A stretch of DNA of 64,000 nt from Alphaproteobacteria bacterium. Its GTDB lineage: Bacteria; Pseudomonadota; Alphaproteobacteria; SP197. This document shows positions 30,467-40,772 of this stretch, one piece after another (the first letter of the stretch is position 1; each line of letters starts with the position of its first letter). Under the pieces are notes generated by a model. That model saw nothing but the letters and a program-made list of their open reading frames with translations. It had not been told where the DNA came from and ran no database searches. The position numbers were made by a program, and so were the translations under genes. The stretch is taken from positions 800,001 through 864,000 of the forward strand of contig OZ219747.1 in assembly GCA_964291265.2 (NCBI GenBank), written 5' to 3'.

Positions 30467-33400
30467 GCATGTCCACGCCGCTCGACGTCCCCCTCGATCG
30501 CGCAGGCCTGACACTCATCGAGGCCAGTGCCGGATCCGGCAAGACCAGGGCCATCACGACGCTGGTGGCGCGACTGATTGTCGAGCGCGACCTTGAGCTC
30601 GACGGTCTTCTCATCGTGACCTACACGCGTGCCGCCACCGCCGAACTGAAGGAACGAATCCGCCGGACCCTGAAGTCGACATGGCGCGCCATGGAGTCGC
30701 CGGGCGAAGGAGATGACCAGGCACGCGAGCTCGTCGAACACTGGACGGCGGCGGGCATCGATGCCGCCATGGCCGCCCGCCGCCTCGACCTCGCGATCCA
30801 TGACATCGACCGGGCCAACATACACACCATTCACGGCATCTGCGCGCGCCTGCTCGCCGAGTTTTCATTCGAGTGCGGCCTGCCCTTCCATTGCGAGATC
30901 ACGGGAAGCCTCGATACGTGCGTGACGCGGGCCACGCACGACATCTGGCAGAAAGGCGCGGCCGCCTTCACGGCCGGACTTGCCCGGCACGTGAACGACA
31001 ACGATGTCTCGCCCGATTCGCTGGCCCGGTGGGCGGCAAGCGTCCCCCTGCAGCCCGGCCTTGAAATCCGCGGCGTTCCGCAGGCAGCGCCGGCGGCCGA
31101 AGATGGCGAAGCGGAATGGAAGGCGTCCCTTGGCGAGGTACGCCGGCTGTGGAAGGACCATGGCGATCACTTCGTGTCGATGCTGACGCAGGAGCACATC
31201 CTCAACAGGAGATCCTATCCCGAACCCAGGACCCTGGCATGGCTGGCGAGCATCAGGGAGACCCTTCTCGGCGGTGACGATGACAGGCTTTGGGAATCCG
31301 GTCGCGCCGGCCGGTTCGCCAGGAGCAGTCTCGAAGATGCCCTGCTGAAGAACCGGACCCTTCCCGAGAATCCGCTCGCCGATGCCTTCGAGCGTCTCGA
31401 AGTGGCCCGTGAGGGGGTTGGCTCCTGTTATGCCGGGGTTGTCCGGGGCATCAGGAAGGACATCCTCGAGAGGATAGGCAGCCTTCGGCCGAAGCTGGTC
31501 AGGGAGACCCGGCGCCTCGGCTACCAGGACCTTCTGAATGAACTCCATGACGCCCTGGAGGGGCGAAACGGCATGGCTCTCGTCCGCGGCATGCGTGAAC
31601 GCTATCCGGTTGCCCTGATCGACGAGTACCAGGACACCGACCCGTTGCAGACCAGGATCTTCACGCGTGTCTACGAACCGGCGGTCAAGGTGCCGGGCAC
31701 CCCTCCCATTCTCTTCATCGTCGGTGACCCCAAGCAGTCCATCTACTGGTTCCGCGGCGCCGATGTCTTTTCCTACCTGGAAGCAAAGAAGCGCGCCCGG
31801 AACACCCTCACCCTCAGGAAGAACTGGCGGTCGGCCCCGGCTCTCGTGAAGAGTGTCAATCATCTCTTTGACACCCGGGCTCCGTTCCTGATCGACAGCA
31901 TCGCGTTCGATCCGGCGGTGCCGGGGCGCGGCGCCTCGCCGGTCCTCGAGGTGAAGGGCGACAGGGGTCCGCCGCTCAGGATGTGGAATCTCGGTTACAA
32001 GGTCAAGAAGTCGCGCGCGACGCGGGTGTCCGTCGCGCGGACCGGCAGGGAGATCGAGAAACTGCTCCTTGCCGGAGAGAGAGGGGAGGCCCTCCTGGGC
32101 GGCCGGCCCCTCAAGGGGTCCGACATCGCGGTGCTCGTTCGCAAGCGCATCCAGGGACGCGAGATCGCAAGGGACCTGCGCGAGAGAGGTGTCGGCTGTG
32201 TCGAGATCGACGATGCGAGCGTCTTCGAGACGCGGGAGGCCGAACAGCTGGAACGGGTGTTGTGGGCTCTCGCCGAGCCGGGCCGGATCACGCGGGAACG
32301 CGCCATGCTGTCAAGCGACATCTTCGGCCTCGACAACGAAGAATTCCTCGCGATCAAGGATGATGACGCCACCTGGAACCGGTGGCTGGAGCGCATCGAC
32401 GGCTGGCGACATGTCTGGCGGATGCGGGGAATAGGAACGGCACTCCATCGTATCCTCGCATTCGGGGACGGCCTGACGGCCTACGGCAATGCGCCCCGGC
32501 GATTGAGCAACGTGCGCCACCTCATCGATATCCTGCAGGATGCCGAAGCAGACCTGCGTCTCGGCCCCGCCAGCCTCGCCACCTGGTTCAGCCGCCAGAT
32601 GAGCGACACGGTCCACCGGGACGAAACGACCCTGCTGCGCCTCGAGAGTGACGAGGACCTGGTCCGCATCATGACGGTTCACTCCAGCAAGGGTCTCGAG
32701 TTCCCGATCGTCTTCTGTCCCTTCACGTGGGATGTCATGAGCATCCGGACATCCCGCGACAACACGGCGATCTGCCACCTCGAAAGGAATGGCGGGACCG
32801 GAACGTCCTATCCGGTGGTCCTCCATCTCGACCCCGGCGCCGGTGACCTCAACGCCGAGCTCATCGAGAACTTCATGGAGGATGTGCGTCTCCTCTATGT
32901 CGCCCTGACACGGGCGCGGGAACGCTGTTACGTGGCGACGGCTAGGCTCGCCCGGACGAAGGAGATATCCCCGCTTTCGTGGCTGCTTCACCAGGGGCCG
33001 TTGAGCGAAGGTGACGTCGCGGGTCCGAACGTGAACACGACTGGAGAGTGGGCGGTTCCGTTCGCTGTCCGGGATCTCCACACGCTGGTCAAGGACTCGT
33101 TCCTCCGGCTGTCGGAGGACGCATGGCGCCGACAGATCGCCGAGGTCGTCGCGGGATCCGGGGGATCCATCGGACTGGAACCGGACAGCGTGGCGGGCGA
33201 CGCTCCCGGATCGGCATCCCCATCGCAGGAGGCCAGGCCGCTCCTCGAAGCGAGGCGGTTCACCAGGAAGCTTGAAAGCACCCGCCACATCACCAGTTTC
33301 TCCGCTCTCAGTGCCGATCACGGTCCGGGAGGCCGCCTGATCGGGCGCCCCGATCACGATGACGACCAGGGCCCGCCGTCCGATGACTCCGACGAGGCGC

Positions 33401-34134
33401 CATGCGATGGCAGGTCGCCCTTCACCTTTCCCCGGGGCGCCACCGCGGGCCGGTGCTTCCACGGCATCCTGGAAGCGATGGATCTCGATCCACAGGACGA
33501 CCTCGATACCATCTGCCGCCGGCAGCTGCGGCACTACGGCATCGACGGGTCATGGGCCGGCGTGGCGCAGGCCGTGGTCGTCAACGCTCGCGCCACGCTT
33601 CTCGAGGAGCCGGGGCACGCAGGCTTCCGCCTGGCCGATCCCCTGGAGAGGCTGCCGGAACTGGAATTCAGCTTTCCGGCCGAGAGGCTGCGGAGGCGGT
33701 GCATCTCGGAGTGTCTCGCGCGCCACGGCTACCCCGATCCGATCCCGTCATCGGCCGGCGCGGAGCCGATCAGGGGCTATCTCAGGGGATTCATCGATCT
33801 CGTGATCGCCCGTGACGATCGCTGGTACGTACTTGACTACAAGTCGAACTGGCTCGGCAACAGGGCAGACGACTACGAGTCGACACGGCTTCATCCGGCC
33901 ATGCACAACAGCGGCTACACCTTCCAGTACCTGCTCTACCTGGTTGCTCTCGACCGCTACCTGGGAACGAGGATCAAGGACTACGACTACGAACGCCACG
34001 TCGGCGGCGCCTTCTACCTGTTCCTGAGGGGGATGGACCCCGAGGCCGGCATGACCCGGGGCGTCTGGTTCGATCGGCCGACGCACGCCTGCATTCGTGA
34101 TCTCGACGCCTGCTTCAGGGACGACGCGCCTTGA
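30463..34134 (+). CDS. recB: Exodeoxyribonuclease V beta subunit
   Basis: IEASAGSGKT, LIDEYQDTD, VGDPKQSIY, TVHSSKGLEFP, nuclease motif GFIDL..VLDYKSNWLG. Confidence 0.95.
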   Translation: MSMSTPLDVPLDRAGLTLIEASAGSGKTRAITTLVARLIVERDLELDGLLIVTYTRAATAELKERIRRTLKSTWRAMESPGEGDDQARELVEHWTAAGIDAAMAARRLDLAIHDIDRANIHTIHGICARLLAEFSFECGLPFHCEITGSLDTCVTRATHDIWQKGAAAFTAGLARHVNDNDVSPDSLARWAASVPLQPGLEIRGVPQAAPAAEDGEAEWKASLGEVRRLWKDHGDHFVSMLTQEHILNRRSYPEPRTLAWLASIRETLLGGDDDRLWESGRAGRFARSSLEDALLKNRTLPENPLADAFERLEVAREGVGSCYAGVVRGIRKDILERIGSLRPKLVRETRRLGYQDLLNELHDALEGRNGMALVRGMRERYPVALIDEYQDTDPLQTRIFTRVYEPAVKVPGTPPILFIVGDPKQSIYWFRGADVFSYLEAKKRARNTLTLRKNWRSAPALVKSVNHLFDTRAPFLIDSIAFDPAVPGRGASPVLEVKGDRGPPLRMWNLGYKVKKSRATRVSVARTGREIEKLLLAGERGEALLGGRPLKGSDIAVLVRKRIQGREIARDLRERGVGCVEIDDASVFETREAEQLERVLWALAEPGRITRERAMLSSDIFGLDNEEFLAIKDDDATWNRWLERIDGWRHVWRMRGIGTALHRILAFGDGLTAYGNAPRRLSNVRHLIDILQDAEADLRLGPASLATWFSRQMSDTVHRDETTLLRLESDEDLVRIMTVHSSKGLEFPIVFCPFTWDVMSIRTSRDNTAICHLERNGGTGTSYPVVLHLDPGAGDLNAELIENFMEDVRLLYVALTRARERCYVATARLARTKEISPLSWLLHQGPLSEGDVAGPNVNTTGEWAVPFAVRDLHTLVKDSFLRLSEDAWRRQIAEVVAGSGGSIGLEPDSVAGDAPGSASPSQEARPLLEARRFTRKLESTRHITSFSALSADHGPGGRLIGRPDHDDDQGPPSDDSDEAPCDGRSPFTFPRGATAGRCFHGILEAMDLDPQDDLDTICRRQLRHYGIDGSWAGVAQAVVVNARATLLEEPGHAGFRLADPLERLPELEFSFPAERLRRRCISECLARHGYPDPIPSSAGAEPIRGYLRGFIDLVIARDDRWYVLDYKSNWLGNRADDYESTRLHPAMHNSGYTFQYLLYLVALDRYLGTRIKDYDYERHVGGAFYLFLRGMDPEAGMTRGVWFDRPTHACIRDLDACFRDDAP

Positions 34135-35825
34135 AGGCGCCAGGCGTCGTCGAGGACCTGTTGAGGGAGCGCGCCATCGCACCCATCGACCGGCACTTCG
34201 CTGCCCTCATGAGCGATCTCGCTCCCGACGACGACCCGTCGGTCGCGCTTGCCGCGGCCCTGGCGAGCGCCGCCACACGTGAAGGTCATACGTGCCTGGA
34301 TCTCGAGGAGCATGTGGGCCAGGACCCACGCACGCCTTGCCGGGATGCCTGGATCGCCTCTCTCGAGGCCAGCCCGGTTGTCAGGCAGGCAACCTCCGGC
34401 GCGTCTGCGCCCCTGGTTCTGGCCAGAGGCAGGCGTCTCTACCTGGAGCGCCTCTTCGAACTCGAGAGAACGGTTGCGGCAGGCGTTCGCGAACGCTGCG
34501 TCGGCTCCCTCGAAACGAAGGACTCGCACGCGGCCCTGATCGACCGGCACGTGCCGGCAGGTACAGCCACGGACGGTCCTCGCAAGGCGGTGACGATCGT
34601 CCTTGGCAGCAGGTTCTGCTGCATTTCCGGCGGCCCGGGCACGGGCAAGACCACGATCGTCGCCAGGCTCCTCTCGATCCTTCTGGATGCCGGCCTGGTG
34701 TTGCCGGGAGGCATCGTGCTGACAGCCCCGACAGGCAAGGCGGCGGCCCGTCTGCAGCAGGCCGTGCGCGATGCATCCGGGCGCCCCGACGTGGCCATGC
34801 TCGAGGCACGGACCATTCACCGCTGGCTCAATGCCAGTCGCTGGCGCGAGGAGCCGACGCAGCTGCTTGTCGTCGACGAGGCGTCCATGGTGGACATCAC
34901 CATCATGGGCCAGATCCTGGAGACTCTTCCGCAGACCGCCCGACTCGTGCTGCTGGGAGATTCCATGCAGTTGTCGTCGGTGCAACCGGGTTCCGTCTTC
35001 GCCGACTTCGTCGCCGCGTCCGCCTCGGGCTCGTCGCCGCTGCAGTCCCGTATCGTCGAGCTCCGTCACAACTGGCGTTTCGATGCCGAGGGGGGTATCG
35101 GACGTCTTGCCGAGGCCATCAGGCGCGGTGATGCAGATGGCGTCATCGAGGCCCTTGATGATCACGCGGAACCGGCGATCATGCGTTGTCCGCTCGACGG
35201 CGCCGAGGGCTTCCGAAGACTCGCGGTCCGCTTGACCGACGATGTCTACGCCCCCCAGGTGCGAGACGTGACCTCTTCTCCGGACCAAGGGCTCGATCCC
35301 TTCTCCCGGTTTGCCGTACTGTGCGGTCGCCGTCGCGGTGCAGTCGGGTCGGCGCGTTTCAACCGCCTTGTCGAGGAGGGGCTGAGAGAGCGTGGCCTGG
35401 CCTTGCGGCGAGATGAATTCTACGTCGGACGCCCGGTCATCATCATGCGAAATGACCCCGCAACGGGCCTCTCCAACGGCGACACGGGCATCGTGGTTCC
35501 GGCGGATGGCGACGGTCGCAACGTCGTTTTCCCTCAGCTTCGCGACGACGGGGGAAACGCGCTCCGCATCCCTGCGGGACGCCTGCCCGACCATGAAAGC
35601 GTCTTTGCCATGACCGTTCACCGGGCCCAGGGTTCGGAATACCGGGACGTGACGATCATCCCGGGCGAGGAGGAATCACGAATTCTCAGCCGCGAACTTC
35701 TCTACACCGCCGTCACGAGGGCGCGCCGCACGGTCACCATCCACGGCAGCGAGCCGGAGATCCGGGCCGCCCTTGCCAGGCGGACACGGCGCGCTTCCGG
35801 CCTCCTCGATGCCCTGACGGATTGA
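34131..35825 (+). CDS. recD: Exodeoxyribonuclease V alpha subunit
   Basis: SGGPGTGKTT, APTGKAAARL, VDEASMVD, AMTVHRAQGSEY, RELLYTAVTRAR. Confidence 0.95.
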   Translation: MKAPGVVEDLLRERAIAPIDRHFAALMSDLAPDDDPSVALAAALASAATREGHTCLDLEEHVGQDPRTPCRDAWIASLEASPVVRQATSGASAPLVLARGRRLYLERLFELERTVAAGVRERCVGSLETKDSHAALIDRHVPAGTATDGPRKAVTIVLGSRFCCISGGPGTGKTTIVARLLSILLDAGLVLPGGIVLTAPTGKAAARLQQAVRDASGRPDVAMLEARTIHRWLNASRWREEPTQLLVVDEASMVDITIMGQILETLPQTARLVLLGDSMQLSSVQPGSVFADFVAASASGSSPLQSRIVELRHNWRFDAEGGIGRLAEAIRRGDADGVIEALDDHAEPAIMRCPLDGAEGFRRLAVRLTDDVYAPQVRDVTSSPDQGLDPFSRFAVLCGRRRGAVGSARFNRLVEEGLRERGLALRRDEFYVGRPVIIMRNDPATGLSNGDTGIVVPADGDGRNVVFPQLRDDGGNALRIPAGRLPDHESVFAMTVHRAQGSEYRDVTIIPGEEESRILSRELLYTAVTRARRTVTIHGSEPEIRAALARRTRRASGLLDALTD

Positions 35826-35836
35826 CGTCCCGGTGG

Positions 35837-37420
35837 CTACACGTCGATGGCGACGAACCGCATGGCCTGGCGCGCCGTGCGGCGCACCATCTTGCGCCGC
35901 ACCGGAGAGTGCAGGAGGCGGTTGAGGGCGGCGAGCGCCACGTCGGCCGCAAGGCCCGCTTCCCCGGACAAGGCGAGGCAGCGCACGGCTTCGGCCGTCT
36001 TGAGTAGATGAACCGAGACGATGTACTCGTCCTGACCGTGGTCAAGGAGCCTTGCCCCGACGTCGCTGAGGAAGGCGGCGCGGTCCGCGACTTTCCAGTC
36101 CTCGAAGTCCACGTTCGGGCTCTGATGACCGATGTTCCTGCCGGCGAAGCAGGCCATCTGCAGGAGGCCCGCCGGCCACAGGTCATCGTGGCGCCGGCAC
36201 AGCCGTAACACGGCATCGGAAAAGGTGAGGCCATGGGTCAGATCGAGCCAGCCGAAATCGCTGCCATAGGGCCGATCGATGTCATCGAGGTGAGCCAGGT
36301 CAAACGTCAGCATGTTCATCGCGTTGGCGCCGAGCAGGCTGCGAAAGAGATCGAGCGGCGCCGCCTGTCCGTGGCGGGCCGTGAACTCGACAGCCTGCGA
36401 GACGCCGAGCGTCGCGTAGTCCCTCGCGGTCGGCACCGAGCCGTTCGGTCTGGCGCCGAACGACTCGAGGGCGGGTCCATAGGCGCGGAACTCGGGGATG
36501 AGATCCTCGCGGAAGGACGACACGAGACTGCGGACCAGCGACAGCAGCAGGGGTTCGGCGACATCGTTCCCGAGGCGCTCGACGAGACAGGCGACCTTGG
36601 CGACGTAGATGACCGAGTGACCGAAGTCGGCGTAGTGCGCCAGGGCTGCCCGGGCAAGGCCCCGCTCCATCGTCACGTGGGCGTCGCCGGCGGCAAGCGC
36701 TCCCCGGGCAAGGCGGATCGCCCGGTCTTCGTCTTCCCTCTCGACGGCGGCGACAAATGCCTCCTCGTCCCAGTCCTGGACGCCTTCCGCAAAGGGATGG
36801 GAAGGCTCGCGCCGCGTATCGTCCGACATGTGACCGATCGCCTCGAGGAGGCAGATCAGGCGGTCTTCGGGGTTGTCCTCATGGCGGTCGTGGAGCGCCA
36901 GCCAGTCGGCGGCGCCGGCAAAGGCATGGGTCCAGCCGTACTCGAGCCGGTCGTGGGACCACTTGATGGCCTTCACCATGGCGATGAGCGGGTCCCCGCC
37001 CATGCGCATGATGCGGGCGATCTCACGGCTCATCTGTTCGTATGCGTGGTCGTCGAAGCCCTTCTTCAGTCCTTCAAGGGCGCCGGCGACCTGTTCCTCG
37101 AGAGGGGGGTCGACGATCTCGATCCAGACCGCTCCGTCGCGCTGCGCGACCGGGTAGGTGCGCAACCTGTCGCCGTCACGCTGGTTCTCCCCGGTTTGAA
37201 GGTCGAACTTCCAGTTGTGCCAGTTGCACGTGAGCTTGCAGTCCTCGTCGAGCGTGCCCTCGCGCAAGGGGTACCCCTCGTGCGGGCAGCGGTTGTTGCA
37301 GGCGAAGATCCCCTTCTTCGTGTTGAAGATGGCAATCTGGCGATTGTCGAGGCGGAAGACCGTGCGGCCCTTCTCGGCCAGGTCATCGCAGGAAACGGCC
37401 TTCACCCACCCCACGCCCAT
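35837..37420 (-). CDS. Rieske (2Fe-2S) ferredoxin fused to a large helical domain
   Basis: CPHEG...CNWHNW at the N-terminus; ~420-aa C-terminal region of unknown function. Confidence 0.85.
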   Translation of the reverse strand: MGVGWVKAVSCDDLAEKGRTVFRLDNRQIAIFNTKKGIFACNNRCPHEGYPLREGTLDEDCKLTCNWHNWKFDLQTGENQRDGDRLRTYPVAQRDGAVWIEIVDPPLEEQVAGALEGLKKGFDDHAYEQMSREIARIMRMGGDPLIAMVKAIKWSHDRLEYGWTHAFAGAADWLALHDRHEDNPEDRLICLLEAIGHMSDDTRREPSHPFAEGVQDWDEEAFVAAVEREDEDRAIRLARGALAAGDAHVTMERGLARAALAHYADFGHSVIYVAKVACLVERLGNDVAEPLLLSLVRSLVSSFREDLIPEFRAYGPALESFGARPNGSVPTARDYATLGVSQAVEFTARHGQAAPLDLFRSLLGANAMNMLTFDLAHLDDIDRPYGSDFGWLDLTHGLTFSDAVLRLCRRHDDLWPAGLLQMACFAGRNIGHQSPNVDFEDWKVADRAAFLSDVGARLLDHGQDEYIVSVHLLKTAEAVRCLALSGEAGLAADVALAALNRLLHSPVRRKMVRRTARQAMRFVAIDV

Positions 37421-37669
37421 GGCGGCCTCCGTTCACGGATGTCAGGTTTGAGCGACGATATCACAGCCTGCCGTCGGCATGCGAGACCCGGAGGGTGTCG
37501 CCCCGGGTGTTGATGGCTGCATAGAACGGCGGGATTTCGGCGATTTGCCGCGCTTTGTCAGGGTCGTGTTTCTTCCCTGTAGTCAGGTCCTATTGTCACG
37601 TCCTGTTGTCGTGGTTTGAGTGTTCGGCTGATTGTCTCCCCGATCGCCGCCCGTCTTTGCCTATTGTCG

Positions 37670-37893
37670 TTGTTCGCCGGCAACGATGACGGCGCCAGAA
37701 CCCGGGCGCGATGCGCCAGCCTTATCGGCGCCTGCAAGCTCAACGGCGTCAGTCCCCGGGCCTACCTGACCGACACCCTGCGCCGGATCGTCGACGTGCA
37801 CACCATGTCACGCATCGAAGACCCCATGCCCTGGAACTTCACCCCGACACTCCAGTCGCCAGCCGTCGACAAGGACAACCGCGCGGCGCTTAC
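37670..37893 (+). mobile_element. IS66 tnpC C-terminal remnant with right end
   Basis: LFAGNDDGA..ASLIGACKLNGVSPRAYLTDTL..IEDPMPWNF, followed by GCGCTTAC. Confidence 0.8.
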
Positions 37894-38060
37894 GGTGGTT
37901 TGACTGGAACCTGGCCGGGTATGCTGCGGCGGGCGAAGAGTCGCCCGGAGGTGGAGGCAGGCCATGGCTTCGGCCTTGCCGGTCGGCTGCTGCTGGCGGC
38001 GGGGCTGACGCTCCGGGCCGCGCTGGGCCTGGTGGAGACAGGCGGGCAAGCGGCCCCGGT

Positions 38061-38334
38061 GTGAGACTCGCCCTCGGCCTCAAGGGTATGCACTGGCCGA
38101 ACCCCGGAAACAGCCTCATGCTGCGCGGCGCCCTGCGCTGGTTGGAGAATGCAGGCCCTTATCTGTTTCCGCGCAACCCCCGTGCGGCGTCTGCTGCCAT
38201 GCGTGACCCCAGGCACAAGCTTCGCTTTGCGTGCCCTGGTGCTCGGCGAGAGCCTGGCAATGATCGGCACGACGCGCGGTCACCGGAAGGCACAGACAAC
38301 AGAGCGCTACGCCCGCCTCGCTCCGCTTGCGTGA
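38061..38334 (+). pseudogene. Tyrosine recombinase C-terminal remnant
   Basis: Degraded box II: (H)SFALRALVLGESLAMIG..GHRKAQTTERYARLA. Confidence 0.7.
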
Positions 38335-38351
38335 GGCCGTGGGCGGCGGCG

Positions 38352-40670
38352 TCAGCCAACGAAGTCGAAGTCGGCCTCGGTCAGTTGCGACGCCTGAATC
38401 CCCACCACGGTCACAGTCCCCAAGGACCAGGTGATGACGGCGCCGTTGTCGGACTGCCGGATATCAAGGTCGTCGAAGTCAAGCTCCGAGTCGGCCGTGT
38501 GGAAGTCGATGCGGTCATACCCGTCTTCGAAGCCAAGGATCGTGTCGTCGCCACCATGCACGAATCCGAACGCGTCGTAGCCCGGGCGGCCCTGGAGCGT
38601 GTCGTCGCCCTTGCTGTCGTCGAGTGCCCAGTCGGGCAGGCCGTGGAAGTGGAAATCGTCTGCGGTCAGTTGCGACGCCTGGATTCCCTCCAGGGTGATG
38701 GTCCCCAGGGACCAGTTGATGGCAGCGCCGCTGTCGGACTGCCAGATCTCGAGGTCGTCGAAGCCGAGTTCCCCGTCGACCGAATGGAAGTCGAGGCGGT
38801 CCGTCCCGTCCTCGAAGTCGAGGATCGTGTCGTCGCTGCCATCCTCGAATCCCCACTGGCTGTAGTAGCCCTTCTCGAAGAAAGCGAACTTGTCGGCGCC
38901 CTCCCCGCCCCGGAGCGTGTCAACCCCCAAACCACCCGAGAGGAAATCGTCGCCCCTGCCGCCTTCCAGCGTGTCGTCGCCGTTACGACCGGTCAGAAAG
39001 TCGTGGCCGTCCCCGCCCCGGAGCACATCGTCGCCCGAGTTGCCGCGGAGGAGGTCGTTGCCTGCGCCGCCATGGATGATGTCATCGCCTTTTCGGCCGT
39101 AGAGCTTGTCGTCACCAGAACCGCCGTAGATCGTGTCGTCGCAGGCGGTGCCAAAGAGCCAATCGCGCCCCGCGCCGCCATGAATGGTCTCACCGCAATC
39201 CTCGACGTCGAGCGGCCCATCGCCCGAAGTGCCCGGGACCGTGTCCTTGTCGCCACCGCCGTCGTTGTTGGCATTCGGGTCGCCGCCGTCGTTGTCGTTG
39301 TCGAGGGGGTTGCCGCCGTCATTGTCGTCGTCGAGGGGGTTGCCGCCGTCATTGTCGTCGTCGCTCGTACTGGCGCCGTACACGACCGTTTCACCGCCAG
39401 CAGGCAGGATGAAGTCGTCCGCGTCCAAGCCGCCCGCTGACACACCCGACAGCCTGATCGTGTCGCCGCCGTCGCCGTAGCGGATGACGGCGTCGTCGCC
39501 GTCCTGCTCGATGACCAGCGCCTCAAACCCGCCGGATACGCCATCCAGGCGAATCCTGTCGCCACCCCCGAAGTCGGTAATGGTGTCGGCCCCGTCTCCC
39601 GCCGCGAACACGAAAGTGTCGCTGCCCTTGCCGCCAGCCAGCGTGTCGTCGCCGGCCCCGCCGGTCAGCGTGTCGGCGCCCCTGGCGCCACGCAGGGTGT
39701 CGTCGCCAGCTCCGCCCATCAGCGTGTCATTGCCCTTGCCGCCCCCCAGGGTGTCGTCGCCAGCCCCGCCGGTCAGCGTGTCGGCGCCCAGGCCGCCATA
39801 GAGGAGGTCGTCGCCGGCCCCACCGGTCAGCGTGTCGGCGCCCCTGTAGCCACGCAGGGTGTCGTCGCCATCACCGCCGGTCAGCGTGTCGGCGCCCTTG
39901 CCGCCCTTCAGCACCTCGCCGCCAGCAGGCCCGCCGCTCGAGGCGTCGCCGGACGTGCCCTGCGGCGGCGCACCCTGTGCCAGGGCGTTCGGCGAGACAG
40001 CCTCCTCGCCGCCAGCCTCCGGCGGTGCGGTCCCGGCATCCGGAAACCGGAAGTCGTCCGCGCCCAGGGAGGACGCCGTCACGTTCTCCAGCGTGATCGT
40101 GTCGCCGTCACCGTAGCGGATGACGGTATTGGAGCCTTGCTGCTCGATCACCAGGTCCCCGAGGCCGCCGGACACGCCGGCGATCTCGATGATGTCGCCC
40201 ACCTCGAAACCGGTCATGGTGTCGGCCCCGTCCCCCACCGCAAAGGCGAAGACATCGGCCCCCAGGCCACCATAGAGGTAGTCGTTGCCTCGGCCGCCCG
40301 TCAGCCGGTCGTTGCCCTGACCGCCGAACAGGCTGTCGATGCCGTCACCCCCGTCGAGCGTGTCGTCACCGTTGCCGCCATAGAGCGTGTCCGCCCCGGC
40401 GCCGCCGGTGAGCGTGTCGGCGCCCGCGCCGCCGTCCAGCGTGTCGTCGCCCGCACCGCCGTCCAGCGTGTCATCGTCCGAACTGCCGGGGTTCATGTCG
40501 AGAAAGCTCGCGTCGGCGTTCGGGTTTGCGGTTCCGCCCGTCAGGGTGTCGTCGCCGGCGCCGCCGGTCAGCGTGTCGTCGCCGAGGCCACCGATCAGCG
40601 TATCGTCGCCGATGCCGCCCGTCAGGGTGTCGTCGCCGGCGCCGCCGGTTCGGGAAACATGCTGTGTCAT
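38352..40670 (-). CDS. RTX / hemolysin-type calcium-binding repeat protein
   Basis: Many GGxGxDxLx nonapeptides; GAGGAG RBS; C-terminal LTEADFDF motif typical of T1SS substrates. Confidence 0.9.
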   Translation of the reverse strand: MTQHVSRTGGAGDDTLTGGIGDDTLIGGLGDDTLTGGAGDDTLTGGTANPNADASFLDMNPGSSDDDTLDGGAGDDTLDGGAGADTLTGGAGADTLYGGNGDDTLDGGDGIDSLFGGQGNDRLTGGRGNDYLYGGLGADVFAFAVGDGADTMTGFEVGDIIEIAGVSGGLGDLVIEQQGSNTVIRYGDGDTITLENVTASSLGADDFRFPDAGTAPPEAGGEEAVSPNALAQGAPPQGTSGDASSGGPAGGEVLKGGKGADTLTGGDGDDTLRGYRGADTLTGGAGDDLLYGGLGADTLTGGAGDDTLGGGKGNDTLMGGAGDDTLRGARGADTLTGGAGDDTLAGGKGSDTFVFAAGDGADTITDFGGGDRIRLDGVSGGFEALVIEQDGDDAVIRYGDGGDTIRLSGVSAGGLDADDFILPAGGETVVYGASTSDDDNDGGNPLDDDNDGGNPLDNDNDGGDPNANNDGGGDKDTVPGTSGDGPLDVEDCGETIHGGAGRDWLFGTACDDTIYGGSGDDKLYGRKGDDIIHGGAGNDLLRGNSGDDVLRGGDGHDFLTGRNGDDTLEGGRGDDFLSGGLGVDTLRGGEGADKFAFFEKGYYSQWGFEDGSDDTILDFEDGTDRLDFHSVDGELGFDDLEIWQSDSGAAINWSLGTITLEGIQASQLTADDFHFHGLPDWALDDSKGDDTLQGRPGYDAFGFVHGGDDTILGFEDGYDRIDFHTADSELDFDDLDIRQSDNGAVITWSLGTVTVVGIQASQLTEADFDFVG
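39259..39363. repeat. 30-bp tandem repeat within the RTX gene (DDDNDGGNPL units)
   Basis: TC(A/G)TTGTCGT(C/T)GTCGAGGGGGTTGCCGCCG twice, plus degenerate flanking units. Confidence 0.75.
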
Positions 40671-40772
40671 CGCGCTCACTCCTCGATGGATGGGCCTCCA
40701 TGGCAGGGCCTTTGAAGGCATGCCGAGCCGAGAGTTTATTCCGTGCCGGCCACCGCCGCAACCCCACCTCCT

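Noticed and set aside
30561-30568. E. coli Chi sequence GCTGGTGG inside recB
   Set aside because: Isolated occurrences are expected by chance in high-GC DNA; enrichment cannot be judged by eye.
39400-40650. Regularly spaced 27-bp repeats resembling a CRISPR array
   Set aside because: They encode RTX nonapeptides; no unique spacers and no cas genes.
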